Shown here piece after piece: positions 29,772-40,120 of a stretch of DNA of 64,000 bases (positions are counted from its first letter, which is position 1; the number at the start of each line of letters is the position of its first letter). The notes under the pieces were generated by a model. The model made no database searches. It was not told the origin of the DNA and saw only the letters and a program-made list of their open reading frames with translations. The stretch covers positions 96,001 to 160,000 of the forward strand of contig CAXXSL010000016.1 of assembly GCA_963675525.2 (NCBI GenBank). The letters run 5' to 3'. The position numbers and the translations under genes are program-made. The stretch comes from Anaerohalosphaeraceae bacterium (GTDB lineage Bacteria > Planctomycetota > Phycisphaerae > Sedimentisphaerales > Anaerohalosphaeraceae).

Positions 29772-31625
29772 TCAGGCCGTCGGCAGGGAAACGTAGAATT
29801 TGCTTCCCTGGTTAACGTCAGATTCGAGCCATATTTCTCCGTTCTGCCCCTCAAGAATACGGCTGACGATGGCAAGCCCCAGCCCGTCTCCGCTCACGTT
29901 AACCGATGCATCAGATTTGACTCGATGAAACACCTCGAAAACCCTGCTCTGATGCTCGGACGGAACACCGATTCCGTTATCTGCAACACAATAGATGCTT
30001 CGATCTTCGGCTATCGTGGCGGAAATATGGATCCTGCCCGGCCGCTTCGGCGAAAGATATTTCAGGGCATTCGTAATGAGATTACTGAACACCTGGTTTG
30101 TTTTGGGACCATCGCCAAAACAGTCCGGCAGCACATCCACGGAAATTTCCGCCCTGCATTCCCTGGCCTGAAACGAATGATTCTCGATAACATTCTTGAT
30201 CATTTCGTTCATATCGATCCGTTCGATACGGAACGGACTCGTTCCGGCCCTCGAGACCTGCAGCAGACCGTCAATCAGCATTTGTGTTTTCTTAACACCC
30301 GCATGAATATATGTCAGCGATTCCGAAATCGATGTCTCAAAAAGAGAACCAACCGCAGACATCGTTTCATCACTAAGCTCTTTTGCATAAAGCGACCGAA
30401 GCTTATCGCAGCCTTCCTGGAGCTCGTTGCAGAATCCGGAAATTGTGACAAGCGGAGACTTAAGATCATGCGAAGCAATATAAACAACGTTCTGGAGTTC
30501 GGCGTTTTTCGCTTTCAATTGTTTGGTCAGTTTGGCAAGCTCCTGCGTTCTCAGGCCGACTAGCCGCTGTACCGCTTCTGTTTTTTTCTGAGCAGAGCGG
30601 TAATAAAGAATGGCCGATAACGTCAAAAACAGGCCGATGGCGAGTGCCGTCCAGGATGCGAAGGTCATATAGGAATAAAGCATCCCTTCTCCCGGGGCAC
30701 AGATTACCGACCATTTTCTCATTCCGGGCTCAATGGTCGATTCAGTATGTAACCGGCCGTTTGTAAAAGCTTCCGCCATGCCGGACGGTTCGGATTCACA
30801 TGGCGGATAACAACAAAGATACTGTTTGTCTGCCGAAGCAGACTTATCCAGCAGGCAAATGTGGATATCCTGAACATCCGTAAAACGCAGGGCACGTTCA
30901 ACTAAGACATTGGTGTGAAAGGCCGCCGCTACAAATCCTTCCAGATTCTCCCGCCGCTGCTGCACGGTACCGGCAGGCATACCCTTTTTATATAACGGTA
31001 TGAAAACAATCACGCTGTTGATTTTCCGGTCATCCTGAACCAATTGGACGCGCTCCGTTACGATAGCCGCATTCCGGTCGCGCGCATCACCAATCGCCCG
31101 ATACCTGACAGGATCTGAACCATTATCAAAACCCAGAGCAGCATGCTTTTCCATAGGCGGGGACACGTAGTAAACCGGGAAATATTCCTCTCGTTTTCGG
31201 GCCGGAACCCAATCGCCCTGCTCATTCATCTCCTTAATGAAAAAACCCTTCATCCCTGCGGCCTCAGCCTGTGCCTCAAATTGCCGGCGCTGATCATCTT
31301 TCACGCAGGGAATCCATGCAATGCTGTAAAACCCTTCAAAATCCGAAAAAGACGAGACAAACGATTCAAACTCCTCCGGTTCCACTAACTGTGAGCTTTC
31401 AAAGAAACAGCGAACAGATTCAAGAATACCGAACTTGTAGTGAATCAATCGCTCCAGAGCCGACACACGGTTTTGTGCAATTTGACGGAACGCGTGATCA
31501 AAAGCGGCTTTTTCTCGCAGCCGAATCGTAAAAAAGAGAAGTGAAGATACCCCCACACCGATGATAATAATGACAACATACGGCAATAAACCCAAAAACG
31601 ATGTTTTGGAAATTCCTTTTTTCAC
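29772..31625 (-). CDS. CHASE-domain sensor histidine kinase
   Basis: TM-CHASE (EYFPVYYVSP, ALGFD)-TM; ASHDLKSPL H-box; NLITNALKY, DNGIG and GLGL boxes. Confidence 0.92.
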   Translation of the reverse strand: MKKGISKTSFLGLLPYVVIIIIGVGVSSLLFFTIRLREKAAFDHAFRQIAQNRVSALERLIHYKFGILESVRCFFESSQLVEPEEFESFVSSFSDFEGFYSIAWIPCVKDDQRRQFEAQAEAAGMKGFFIKEMNEQGDWVPARKREEYFPVYYVSPPMEKHAALGFDNGSDPVRYRAIGDARDRNAAIVTERVQLVQDDRKINSVIVFIPLYKKGMPAGTVQQRRENLEGFVAAAFHTNVLVERALRFTDVQDIHICLLDKSASADKQYLCCYPPCESEPSGMAEAFTNGRLHTESTIEPGMRKWSVICAPGEGMLYSYMTFASWTALAIGLFLTLSAILYYRSAQKKTEAVQRLVGLRTQELAKLTKQLKAKNAELQNVVYIASHDLKSPLVTISGFCNELQEGCDKLRSLYAKELSDETMSAVGSLFETSISESLTYIHAGVKKTQMLIDGLLQVSRAGTSPFRIERIDMNEMIKNVIENHSFQARECRAEISVDVLPDCFGDGPKTNQVFSNLITNALKYLSPKRPGRIHISATIAEDRSIYCVADNGIGVPSEHQSRVFEVFHRVKSDASVNVSGDGLGLAIVSRILEGQNGEIWLESDVNQGSKFYVSLPTA

Positions 31626-31789
31626 ATAATTATCTCACTTTTTCATTTCGTTTTCCCTATTTTACGGACTCATAGAGGATTTGGCAACTCTTTTTAGCAC
31701 GCAATTTATTGGCGTAGAGACCTAAAAAAGCGATTATTTGAAGGCGATTTGCAGTGGAAAAACACATCCTGAACGATTATAGTCCTGAA

Positions 31790-32974
31790 ATGGATTTAAC
31801 GCAAAAAAGTACGATTCTGGTGACGTGCAGTCCCGGGCTGGCCGACTATCTTCGTGCCGAGATCGAGGCACTGGGCTATAAGGTAACGGCAACGGGCAAT
31901 GTCGATGTGGAATTGCAGGGAAATATGCAGGATGCCATGCGGCTGAATCTGTATCTGCGAACGGCGTACAATGTGCTGTATCTGCTGCGGTCATTTCCGT
32001 GTGATACGCCGGACGAACTGTATCGCAAAGTCCGGCAGATGGCATGGGAGGACATGATCTCACCGGACGAATACGTCAGCGTCGTCACACGCGTCGACAC
32101 GCCGACGATCGATAACACCATGTTCGCCGGACTGCGGGTCAAAGACGGTATCGTAGACCGCATCCTCAAGCAAACCGACTCCCGCCCCAACTCCGGCAAG
32201 GAACGGGATAACATCGTTGTTCAGCTCTACTGGAAAGGCAAGACCTGCAAATTATACCTGAATACGTCGGGGCAGAAAATTTCCGACCGCAGCTACCGCA
32301 AGGTCATGACCGATGCCCCGATGCGGGAATCGCTGGCCGCGGCATTGATTATGGCGACCGGTTATGACGGCACGCAGCCGCTGGTCTGCCCGATGTGCGG
32401 GAGCGGAACATTGCCCATTGAAGCGGCGCTGATGGCAACCCGACGTGTGCCCGCCCTGCTGCGAAGTAACTTCGGATTTATGCATACCAAATTTTATGAC
32501 GAGACGGCCTGGCATGCGATGCGAACCGAGGCACTAAAGCAAAGTAAAAAACGTGGCGGCAAAACCGAGTTTACACCCGCACCGATTATCGCCACTGATA
32601 TCGACTCGTGGGCGGTCGAGGCCGCCAGGCGCAACGCCCAAACCGCCGGGGTTGACCATTTGATCGAATTTGCCAAATGCGACTTTGCCGAAACGGCCGT
32701 TCCGGAAGATGGCGGCATTGTGATTATGAATCCCGAATACGGCATGCGGATGGGCGATTTGGAAAAACTGGAAGAAACGTATAGCCGCATCGGCGATTTC
32801 TTCAAACAGAAATGCGCCGGCTATACCGGATATGTCTTTACCGGGAATATGGATTTGGCGAAAAAAGTGGGCCTTCGAACCAGCCGGAGAATGGTATTTT
32901 TCAACGGCGGTATCGAATGTCGACTCCTCAAATATGAACTTTACACCGGAACCCGCAAAGTGCGGGACCCATGA
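31790..32974 (+). CDS. THUMP-domain RNA methyltransferase (RlmL-like)
   Basis: APMRESLAAAL, PMCGSGTLPIEAA, NPEYG motifs. Confidence 0.88.
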   Translation: MDLTQKSTILVTCSPGLADYLRAEIEALGYKVTATGNVDVELQGNMQDAMRLNLYLRTAYNVLYLLRSFPCDTPDELYRKVRQMAWEDMISPDEYVSVVTRVDTPTIDNTMFAGLRVKDGIVDRILKQTDSRPNSGKERDNIVVQLYWKGKTCKLYLNTSGQKISDRSYRKVMTDAPMRESLAAALIMATGYDGTQPLVCPMCGSGTLPIEAALMATRRVPALLRSNFGFMHTKFYDETAWHAMRTEALKQSKKRGGKTEFTPAPIIATDIDSWAVEAARRNAQTAGVDHLIEFAKCDFAETAVPEDGGIVIMNPEYGMRMGDLEKLEETYSRIGDFFKQKCAGYTGYVFTGNMDLAKKVGLRTSRRMVFFNGGIECRLLKYELYTGTRKVRDP

Positions 32975-32978
32975 ATAT

Positions 32979-33013
32979 AAAAAAAGAAAGGCGAGAACAA
33001 CGTCTCGCCCTTC
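32979..33013 (-). terminator. Rho-independent terminator
   Basis: GAAGGGCGAGA-loop-TCTCGCCTTTC followed by a T-run. Confidence 0.75.
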
Positions 33014-33184
33014 CTCTTGTTCATGGTCCCTATCCAGTTTTCTTTGTGCCGCGAGGTGCAGCCTTTTGTGAAAATGCCGATACCATCGGCTCTGCACTAC
33101 ATTCTTAACCCTCACTCCACTTAAAAAGCATACACGTCATTTTAGCAACCGCGGCCTACAGGCCGCACTGTGAACCATGCTAAT
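32979..33184 (-). ncRNA. Candidate ~200-nt structured ncRNA (6S-like rod possible)
   Basis: Extended -10 TGtTATAAT at 33190-33198, intrinsic terminator at 32979-33013, paired ends CATGGTTC/GGACCATG, no convincing ORF. Confidence 0.45.
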
Positions 33185-33432
33185 TAATAATTATAACAAA
33201 TCGGTTCAGGAAACGGTAAAAAAAACGTAAATTCATCAAAAAAACATCAAAAACCGTGTTTTTGGCGGATTTTGGCCTTCCTTTATGATGCCAATCCGGG
33301 TGTTTTTTTCCTGGTTTCAGCTTCAAGATATTCATCGTTTTAATTGCCCGATTTGCCCTGATTATAATAAGACTTAAGGGGCCATGAATCAGAATAAAGG
33401 CAGGCCGCCATACTGTTGTGCTGAACCACGAA

Positions 33433-36400
33433 TCAAGTTCGGGGCAACACTTTTTCGGGTTTGTGTTTTTTGAAGCGGAGTTTATCCGCCAGTTTCTGGA
33501 TAACAACGTAAAAGACCGGGATCATCAGCACCCCAAAGATCGTTGCGGCAAGCATACCGCCGAAAACAGTCGTTCCCAGCGACCGTCTGGCAACAGCACC
33601 GGCACCGGAGGCGATGACCAGCGGCACCACACCAAGGACGAACGTAAAGGCCGTCATGAGAATCGGGCGAAAGCGCAGACGCGCAGCGGTGACCGCCGAG
33701 TCGATAAGATCGTGTCCTTCGTCATGATGTTGTTTGGCAAACTCGACCAATAAAATGGCGGTTTTGGTAGACAGGCCGATCAGCAGGACAATCCCGATCT
33801 GGGTATACACATTATTGTCATACAGGCGGAGCATATTCGCGATCACCGCCCCGAACAGAGACAATGGCACTGACATTACAATGGCAATTGGCACGAACCA
33901 GCTTTCGTACTGAGCGGCCAAAAACAGGAATACAAACACGGACGCAAGGGTAAAGATGATCGGGGCCTTGTTGCCGGCGAGGATTTCCTGGTAACTCAAA
34001 CCGGACCATTCGTAGCCCATCTGCTCGGGCAGGTTTTCATCAAGGATTTTTTCCATCTCGGCCATGGCCTGGCCGGAACTGTAAATGGGTATCGGCAATC
34101 CCATGATCGTGGTAGCCGGGTACAGGTTATAGTGTGATACAGACTGCGGGCCGGCAACATCAGAGATACCGACAAATGTTCGCAAGGGTATCATTTGACC
34201 GTCCCGGTTTCGTACCTCCAGCTTCAGAATATCCTGTGCATCGGCTCGAAACTGTTCCTGGGCCTGCAATATAACGCGATAGGTTCGACCGAACAGGTTC
34301 AGGTCGTTGACATAGGCCGTACCCAGATTGGCCTGCAATGTTGTGAACACATCATCAAGCGAAATGCCAAGCCGGGTCACTTTGACGCGGTCGATGGCGA
34401 GATACAACTGCGGCACATCAGCACGGAAGTCGCTGTTAACAAATATAAACATCGGATTTTGACTTCCCGCAGACTGCACCCTGTCGCCGGCTTCCTGCAG
34501 CGCGTCCAGTCCCAGTCCGCCGCGATCCTGGACTTTCAGTTCGATCCCCCCTACCATTCCCACATGAATCGGCGGAGGAACAAAGGTTAAGCATTTTGCA
34601 TCCAGTATTCCCCCCACCCGCTGGGTTATTTGCTGTGAAATCGTTTGCACGGACAGTTCTTTACCCGGACGCTCATTCCAGGGTTTAAGCATGACGAAAT
34701 AGAAGGCCACATTCGGACTGGCGGTGTTCGTAAATAACGAAAAACCGCCAATCGTGACATATTCGTGGATGCCGGGCGTTTCTTCGAGCATGACATTGAT
34801 TTGCTTGGTAACCTCGGACGTTCGTTCGATGCCGGCCCCCGGGGGCAGTTCCACATTAACGAAGAAGTACCCTTCGTCTTCATTTGGCATAAAGCCGGAG
34901 GGAATCAGCTTGAATCCCATCCAGGTCGCTCCGGCCAAAATAACGAACATGATCATAGTCATGGCAGTATGGCGGGTAATATGTTCGACGATGCGCATAT
35001 AACCGTTGGTCGTACGTTTCAGGAAGCGGTCGAACATCCCGATAAAGCCGCGATGCTTAAACGACGGCCGCAGGAATAATCCACACAGTGCCGGACTGAG
35101 TGTCAATGCGTTGATAGTCGAAAAGACCGTCGCGGTGGAGATGGTCATGGCAAACTGAGAGTAGAGCCGGCCTGAAATGCCGCCGATCAGTGCCGTCGGA
35201 ACAAATACCGCCAGCAGCACCAGTGTGGTGGCGATCACCGGGCCGGTAATCTGTTTCATCGCTTTGATGGCCGCCTCTTTGGCTGACAGCTTTTCCTCAT
35301 CAATGATGCGGGAGCAGTTCTCCACAACAATGATCGCATCATCAACGACAATACCAATGGCCAGCACCAGTCCGAACAGGGTCAGGGTGTTAATGGACAT
35401 GCCGAACAGCATCATCACCGCGAAAGTACCGATCAGCGAGACGGGGATGGTGACGGCGGGAATCAAGGTTGCCCGCCAGTCTTCGAGGAAAATATACACC
35501 GTCAGGATAACCAGCAGCGCAGCAATAAACAACGTTGTGAAAACTTCACGGATGGATTCGGAGATAAACTTCGTCGGATCAAATGCGATCTTGTATTCCA
35601 AATCCTCAGGAAAACTTTTAGCAAGTCCGGCCATCGTGTTTCGGATGTTTTCAGCCACTTTAAGCGAATTGGCTCCGGGTAGCTGGAACACGCCCAGTGC
35701 CACCGCCGGCTTACCGTTCAATTCAACAAACCAATTGTATTGCTCGGAGCCCAGTTCCAGGCGGGCAACATCCTTCAGATACAGGATACGTCCATCGGGT
35801 GTGGTCCGGATGACGATATTTTCAAACTGCTCGACGCTGCTGAGTCGTCCGAGAGTTTTGATGGTGTACTGAAAGGGTTCGGCGTTGTCCATAGGCGGAG
35901 CGCCGATTTGGCCGGCCGCGACTTCGACGTTCTGGCTGCGCAGGGCCGCCATGATATCCATGACGGTCAGTCCGCGGGCCTTAAGCAACTCCGGGTCCAG
36001 CCAGACACGCATGCTGAAATTCTTGGCCCCAAAGACCTCAATGTTGCCCACGCCAGGCACACGCGAGAGCGGGTCGCGGAGATAAATGTTGATGTAGTTA
36101 CTCATGTAGGTTTCATCGTGTGTCCCGTTAGGGGACTCGAGGCTGACCACAAGCGTGATGTTGGTGGACTGTTTCTGCGTGATGACGCCGTAGCGGCGGA
36201 CCTCCTCCGGCAACAGCGGTTCGGCTATGGCGACGCGGTTCTGTACAAGCACGGTTGCCATATCCACATCGACGCCGACTTCGAAGGTGACCGTCAGGGT
36301 CATGGTGCCGTCATCAGAACTTTGGGAAGACATATAGAGCATACCGTCGACGCCATTGATTTGCTCTTCGAGGGGTGTGGCGACGGTTTCGGCAATCACA

Positions 36401-36567
36401 TCAGCATTAGCACCGGGAAAGCGTGCGGTTACGACCACGGTCGGCGGTGTAATATCCGGGGTTTTTTCAATCGGCAGCAAAGGAAATGTAATCGCACCGA
36501 TCAGTACGATGACGATCGAGATAACCGTTGCGAAAATAGGCCGTTTGATGAAAAAGGTACTAAGCAT
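33433..36567 (-). CDS. Multidrug efflux RND permease (HAE1/AcrB family)
   Basis: FFIKRPIFA, GLVLAIGIVVDDAIIVVEN, RFRPILMT motifs. Confidence 0.95.
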   Translation of the reverse strand: MLSTFFIKRPIFATVISIVIVLIGAITFPLLPIEKTPDITPPTVVVTARFPGANADVIAETVATPLEEQINGVDGMLYMSSQSSDDGTMTLTVTFEVGVDVDMATVLVQNRVAIAEPLLPEEVRRYGVITQKQSTNITLVVSLESPNGTHDETYMSNYINIYLRDPLSRVPGVGNIEVFGAKNFSMRVWLDPELLKARGLTVMDIMAALRSQNVEVAAGQIGAPPMDNAEPFQYTIKTLGRLSSVEQFENIVIRTTPDGRILYLKDVARLELGSEQYNWFVELNGKPAVALGVFQLPGANSLKVAENIRNTMAGLAKSFPEDLEYKIAFDPTKFISESIREVFTTLFIAALLVILTVYIFLEDWRATLIPAVTIPVSLIGTFAVMMLFGMSINTLTLFGLVLAIGIVVDDAIIVVENCSRIIDEEKLSAKEAAIKAMKQITGPVIATTLVLLAVFVPTALIGGISGRLYSQFAMTISTATVFSTINALTLSPALCGLFLRPSFKHRGFIGMFDRFLKRTTNGYMRIVEHITRHTAMTMIMFVILAGATWMGFKLIPSGFMPNEDEGYFFVNVELPPGAGIERTSEVTKQINVMLEETPGIHEYVTIGGFSLFTNTASPNVAFYFVMLKPWNERPGKELSVQTISQQITQRVGGILDAKCLTFVPPPIHVGMVGGIELKVQDRGGLGLDALQEAGDRVQSAGSQNPMFIFVNSDFRADVPQLYLAIDRVKVTRLGISLDDVFTTLQANLGTAYVNDLNLFGRTYRVILQAQEQFRADAQDILKLEVRNRDGQMIPLRTFVGISDVAGPQSVSHYNLYPATTIMGLPIPIYSSGQAMAEMEKILDENLPEQMGYEWSGLSYQEILAGNKAPIIFTLASVFVFLFLAAQYESWFVPIAIVMSVPLSLFGAVIANMLRLYDNNVYTQIGIVLLIGLSTKTAILLVEFAKQHHDEGHDLIDSAVTAARLRFRPILMTAFTFVLGVVPLVIASGAGAVARRSLGTTVFGGMLAATIFGVLMIPVFYVVIQKLADKLRFKKHKPEKVLPRT

Positions 36568-36575
36568 GACAACTC

Positions 36576-37781
36576 CTATTGGATATCCGCCGGAGCGGTT
36601 GTTTCGTTATTTTCTGCAGGCTGTGACTGGGCCTGCATGTATTCGTCTTCCGTGAGGGGTTTGACTTCATCTCCGGCTTTGACGAACTGCAATCCCGATA
36701 CAATGTAGGTCTCACCGGCCGACAAGCCGGAGGCGATGACCTGTAGTGAACCTTTCTGGCGGCCGAGCCGGACCGGGCGATGGCGAACAATATTGTTCTC
36801 ATCAACAATGAGCAGGTATTTGCCGCCGAGATCGGTGCCGACGGCCTTGGGCCGCACCAGAACGGCATTGTGGATAGATTCAGCAGGTACCTGCAGCCGG
36901 ACAAACATCCCCGGATAGAGTTGGTTGTCCGGATTCGGCACAATGCCGCGTATCTGAATAGTGCCGGTTTCCGGATCCACCCTGTTGTCCATATAATCCA
37001 GGCGGCCCTGGTGTTCATATTGCTCTTTATTGGCTAGGCTCAAAGAGAGCGTCAGTTCGTTGGGCTCCATGGCTAAATCCTGGCGGACGTTTTTGGTGTA
37101 GTTGAGGTATTCGCTTTCGCCGGCATGGAAATAGACGTAGATCGGGTCGAGTTTGACGACAGTGGTCAGGAGTGTGTTCTCGCCGGCACCGACCAGATTG
37201 CCCTCATCAACATAGTTGCGGCTGACCTTACCGTCGATGGGTGATGCGATGCGAGTGTAGCTGAGATTTAGCTCGGTCTGGGTCAGGGCCGCCTTGGCCG
37301 AGAGGACGGCGGCTTCGGCCATATCATACTGGGCTTTGTAGGCGCTGACCTGTTGTTTGCTGATGGCATTGCTTTTGACCGCTTGCTGGGCACGTTCGTA
37401 ATCCAGACTGGCACGTTCCAAATCCGCCTCCGCAGATTTAAGTGATGCAAGAGCACGGTCACGCTCGGCTTTGTAACTATCAGGCTCGATTTCAAACAGC
37501 AGATCACCCTTTTTAACAAAGGCGCCGTCTTTGAACGCCACCTGACGCAGATATCCTCCCACCCGGGCACGAATATCAACCGATTCGATGGAGGCCAGGT
37601 TGCCGGTGAACTCGTCATAATTGAGTACGTCTTCAATAATGGGGTTGGCGACTACAACGGGCATGGATGTCTGCTCCGGCCACATGCCCGAAGACATCAT
37701 ACGTTTGATCGTCCATAAGAAAAAACCCGCCAAAACAATGGTGATAAGAATAAAAATAATGATTGCCTTGAGATGTTTCAT
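36576..37781 (-). CDS. RND efflux periplasmic adaptor (AcrA/MexE-like)
   Basis: VDIRARVGGYL, YTRIASPIDG, VDPETGT motifs. Confidence 0.93.
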   Translation of the reverse strand: MKHLKAIIIFILITIVLAGFFLWTIKRMMSSGMWPEQTSMPVVVANPIIEDVLNYDEFTGNLASIESVDIRARVGGYLRQVAFKDGAFVKKGDLLFEIEPDSYKAERDRALASLKSAEADLERASLDYERAQQAVKSNAISKQQVSAYKAQYDMAEAAVLSAKAALTQTELNLSYTRIASPIDGKVSRNYVDEGNLVGAGENTLLTTVVKLDPIYVYFHAGESEYLNYTKNVRQDLAMEPNELTLSLSLANKEQYEHQGRLDYMDNRVDPETGTIQIRGIVPNPDNQLYPGMFVRLQVPAESIHNAVLVRPKAVGTDLGGKYLLIVDENNIVRHRPVRLGRQKGSLQVIASGLSAGETYIVSGLQFVKAGDEVKPLTEDEYMQAQSQPAENNETTAPADIQ

Positions 37782-37806
37782 AAGATTACTCGCTTTCCTG
37801 CTATAT

Positions 37807-39282
37807 TTACATTGCGTTATCGCTCGAATTGTCTGTCTGCCCGTCAGTTTCGGATTGCGGCTGTACATCCTCGCCCCAGCCGCCCAGCGCCTTATAGATG
37901 CGAATCAGATTTTGCACAACCTGACCTTCGCTTTGAGCCAGTTTATCTTCCTGCTGAAACTGACTGCGCTGCAAAATCAGCACATTCTGGAAATCGATCA
38001 GGCCGTTTTTGTACTGTGTCGTTACCAATTCCACTGAGGCCTTCGCAGCGGCGACCGACTGCTGGAGTAATGCTTTACGCTGCCGCTCCTGAACATAATC
38101 CGTCATCGCATTCTCAACATCCTCCAGTGCAGCCAAAACAGTGCTGTGATACTGCCAGTACAATTGTTTTGTTTTACTCTCCTCGATTTTAATTTGGTTG
38201 CGAATGCGGTCACCGTCAAAAATGTTCCAACGAAACGATGGACCAAAACCGTAATACTGACTCCCGTTTTTGGACACATCCGAAAAGTTCATGGCTTCAA
38301 AACCGATATTGCCGCTCAATGAAAAACTGGGATACAGATCCGCCGTGGCATACCCGATCTGAGCCGTTTGCGCAGCCAGTTCTCTTTCGGCTCTGCGGAT
38401 GTCCGGACGCTGCCGTAACAGTTCAGCCGGGGCCTGTATGCCGATTTCCGCCGGCGGCATGGGAAGAGGTTTGACATCAGCTAACAATTCAGTAAGTTCG
38501 CCCGGTTGCTTCCCTGTCAGCACGCACAGACGGTTGATTGCCGCTTTTTCTGCACTGCGAAGGCTCGGTATCTGCGACTGGGTATCAGCCAGATTCAGCC
38601 TGGCCTGTTCGACATCCAGCCGAGGCGCCAGTTCCGAATCAAAACGCGCCTGGGCTAAATTCAGCGTCTCGTCCTGGGATTCAATATTTTGCAGGGCGTA
38701 CCCCATTCGGGCCTGGACCGTTCGCAGTTCCACATAATTGCGGGCAACCTCTGCTGATAATGACACCAGCACATCTCGGTAATTTTCAATTCGCGCTTCG
38801 TAAGACGCCTCTGCGGATTCCAAAGCCCGTTTGAAGCGTCCGAAAACGTTCGACTCCCACGACGCATCGAAGCCGACCGAATGCATGTTATACGGATTCG
38901 TGGGCAGCGGCATCAACCCTTTCTCGCTGGCGCGGGTGCGCGAATAGGAACCGGCCGCATCGACAGACGGATAAAATTCCCCGGAAACATAGTCTCGTGC
39001 ATAGCGGGACTGCATCAGACTCCAGTAGGCGCTTTCCAAGTCCGGATTGTTTTGCCGGACCTGCCGGACTAATTCGTTCAGGGTCGGATCATTGAGCAAT
39101 TCCCACCACTGCGCAGGCATCGAATCGGCTGTTTTGAATCCCTCGGCGAGTTGCTGATACCACTGGTCCGGCATGTCTATCGTCGGCACCTGATAATCCG
39201 GCCCGACCGTACACCCTGCCACACACAGTATCAGACCAAGACCAATCCATCGTCTATATTTTTTCATGCACACTTTCATCAT
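37807..39282 (-). CDS. NodT/OprM-family outer membrane efflux lipoprotein
   Basis: AGCTVGPDY lipobox, LLRQRPDIRRAERELAA, YKALGGW. Confidence 0.95.
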   Translation of the reverse strand: MMKVCMKKYRRWIGLGLILCVAGCTVGPDYQVPTIDMPDQWYQQLAEGFKTADSMPAQWWELLNDPTLNELVRQVRQNNPDLESAYWSLMQSRYARDYVSGEFYPSVDAAGSYSRTRASEKGLMPLPTNPYNMHSVGFDASWESNVFGRFKRALESAEASYEARIENYRDVLVSLSAEVARNYVELRTVQARMGYALQNIESQDETLNLAQARFDSELAPRLDVEQARLNLADTQSQIPSLRSAEKAAINRLCVLTGKQPGELTELLADVKPLPMPPAEIGIQAPAELLRQRPDIRRAERELAAQTAQIGYATADLYPSFSLSGNIGFEAMNFSDVSKNGSQYYGFGPSFRWNIFDGDRIRNQIKIEESKTKQLYWQYHSTVLAALEDVENAMTDYVQERQRKALLQQSVAAAKASVELVTTQYKNGLIDFQNVLILQRSQFQQEDKLAQSEGQVVQNLIRIYKALGGWGEDVQPQSETDGQTDNSSDNAM

Positions 39283-39320
39283 ATATCATATCCTGTTCTG
39301 TCTGTCGCGATAATGATTGC

Positions 39321-39929
39321 TTATGAAGGACGGATTGTCAAGTAAGACAAGAAAAATTCCGTCAACTCATCGACATCTTTTTCCATTTCATAATCCTGCA
39401 GCCAGCTTTGTATTTCAATCATGCCGATGATCGTAGAAAAAAAATACTTGGCCGTAGGAGCCGGGTCGATCTTTCTGAATTGCTGCCGGGCAATGCCTTC
39501 CGACAAAATTCTTGCGATGCAACTTCGCGCTTGATTAAGCCCGTCCTGTTTTCTGGATTTGGGAATTTTGGCCTTGACGCCGAATTTTTCCGCTAAGTCA
39601 AAGACAATATGATGCTCTTTGCAAAACTTAAAAATTTCATGAGCGACAGATTTTAATTTCTCATCGGGACTCAGTGCCGAATCTGTAACACGTTCGATCT
39701 TGTTCAAAATAATGCCGTGCAGTCTTTCATCCACAAAAGTAAGCAATTCGACTTTGTTTTTAAAATAGTTGTACAGTGTCCCGGTCGCGATGCCTGCTGC
39801 ATCCGCGATATCATGCATTTTGAGCTGCTCGCCCTGCTGCTGCGCAATAACTTGCAGCGTCGCCTCGTAAATAGCCTGACGGGCGGCCCGCTCTTTTAAT
39901 TCTTTCTGTTTTTCCGCAAACGAACTCAT
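39321..39929 (-). CDS. TetR/AcrR family regulator
   Basis: MHDIADAAGIATGTLYNYFKNK HTH; heads the efflux operon. Confidence 0.95.
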   Translation of the reverse strand: MSSFAEKQKELKERAARQAIYEATLQVIAQQQGEQLKMHDIADAAGIATGTLYNYFKNKVELLTFVDERLHGIILNKIERVTDSALSPDEKLKSVAHEIFKFCKEHHIVFDLAEKFGVKAKIPKSRKQDGLNQARSCIARILSEGIARQQFRKIDPAPTAKYFFSTIIGMIEIQSWLQDYEMEKDVDELTEFFLSYLTIRPS

Positions 39930-39967
39930 AAACGGCTCTTGATATTCACAGTACTATGTATATCGAT

Positions 39968-40014
39968 TAAAATGAACAAGCATTCATTTTAGTGAATTCT
40001 AGTTCATTCGTCAA
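39968..40014 (-). promoter_or_regulatory. Promoter TTGACG-17-TAAAAT with tandem TetR-type operators
   Basis: Perfect IR TAAAATGAA-N6-TTCATTTTA (39968-39991) plus a degenerate second copy (39991-40008). Confidence 0.8.
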
Positions 40015-40085
40015 GCAAGAAAAGATTTTTCAAAATAAAAGATGCTCATTTTAAAATAAGGACATTGTCGGTCTATGACAAACTG

Positions 40086-40113
40086 TTGACTTTTTGGTTT
40101 TTTTCGCTACAAT
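40086..40113 (+). promoter_or_regulatory. gloB promoter TTGACT-16-TACAAT, probably giving a leaderless mRNA
   Basis: ATG 40121 lies 7 nt after the -10; no RBS. Confidence 0.65.
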
Positions 40114-40120
40114 CGCGGGT

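Noticed and set aside
29751..30563. 270-aa plus-strand ORF
   Set aside because: Antisense shadow of the histidine kinase gene
35177..36708. Long plus-strand ORFs (231 and 322 aa)
   Set aside because: Antisense shadows of the RND permease gene
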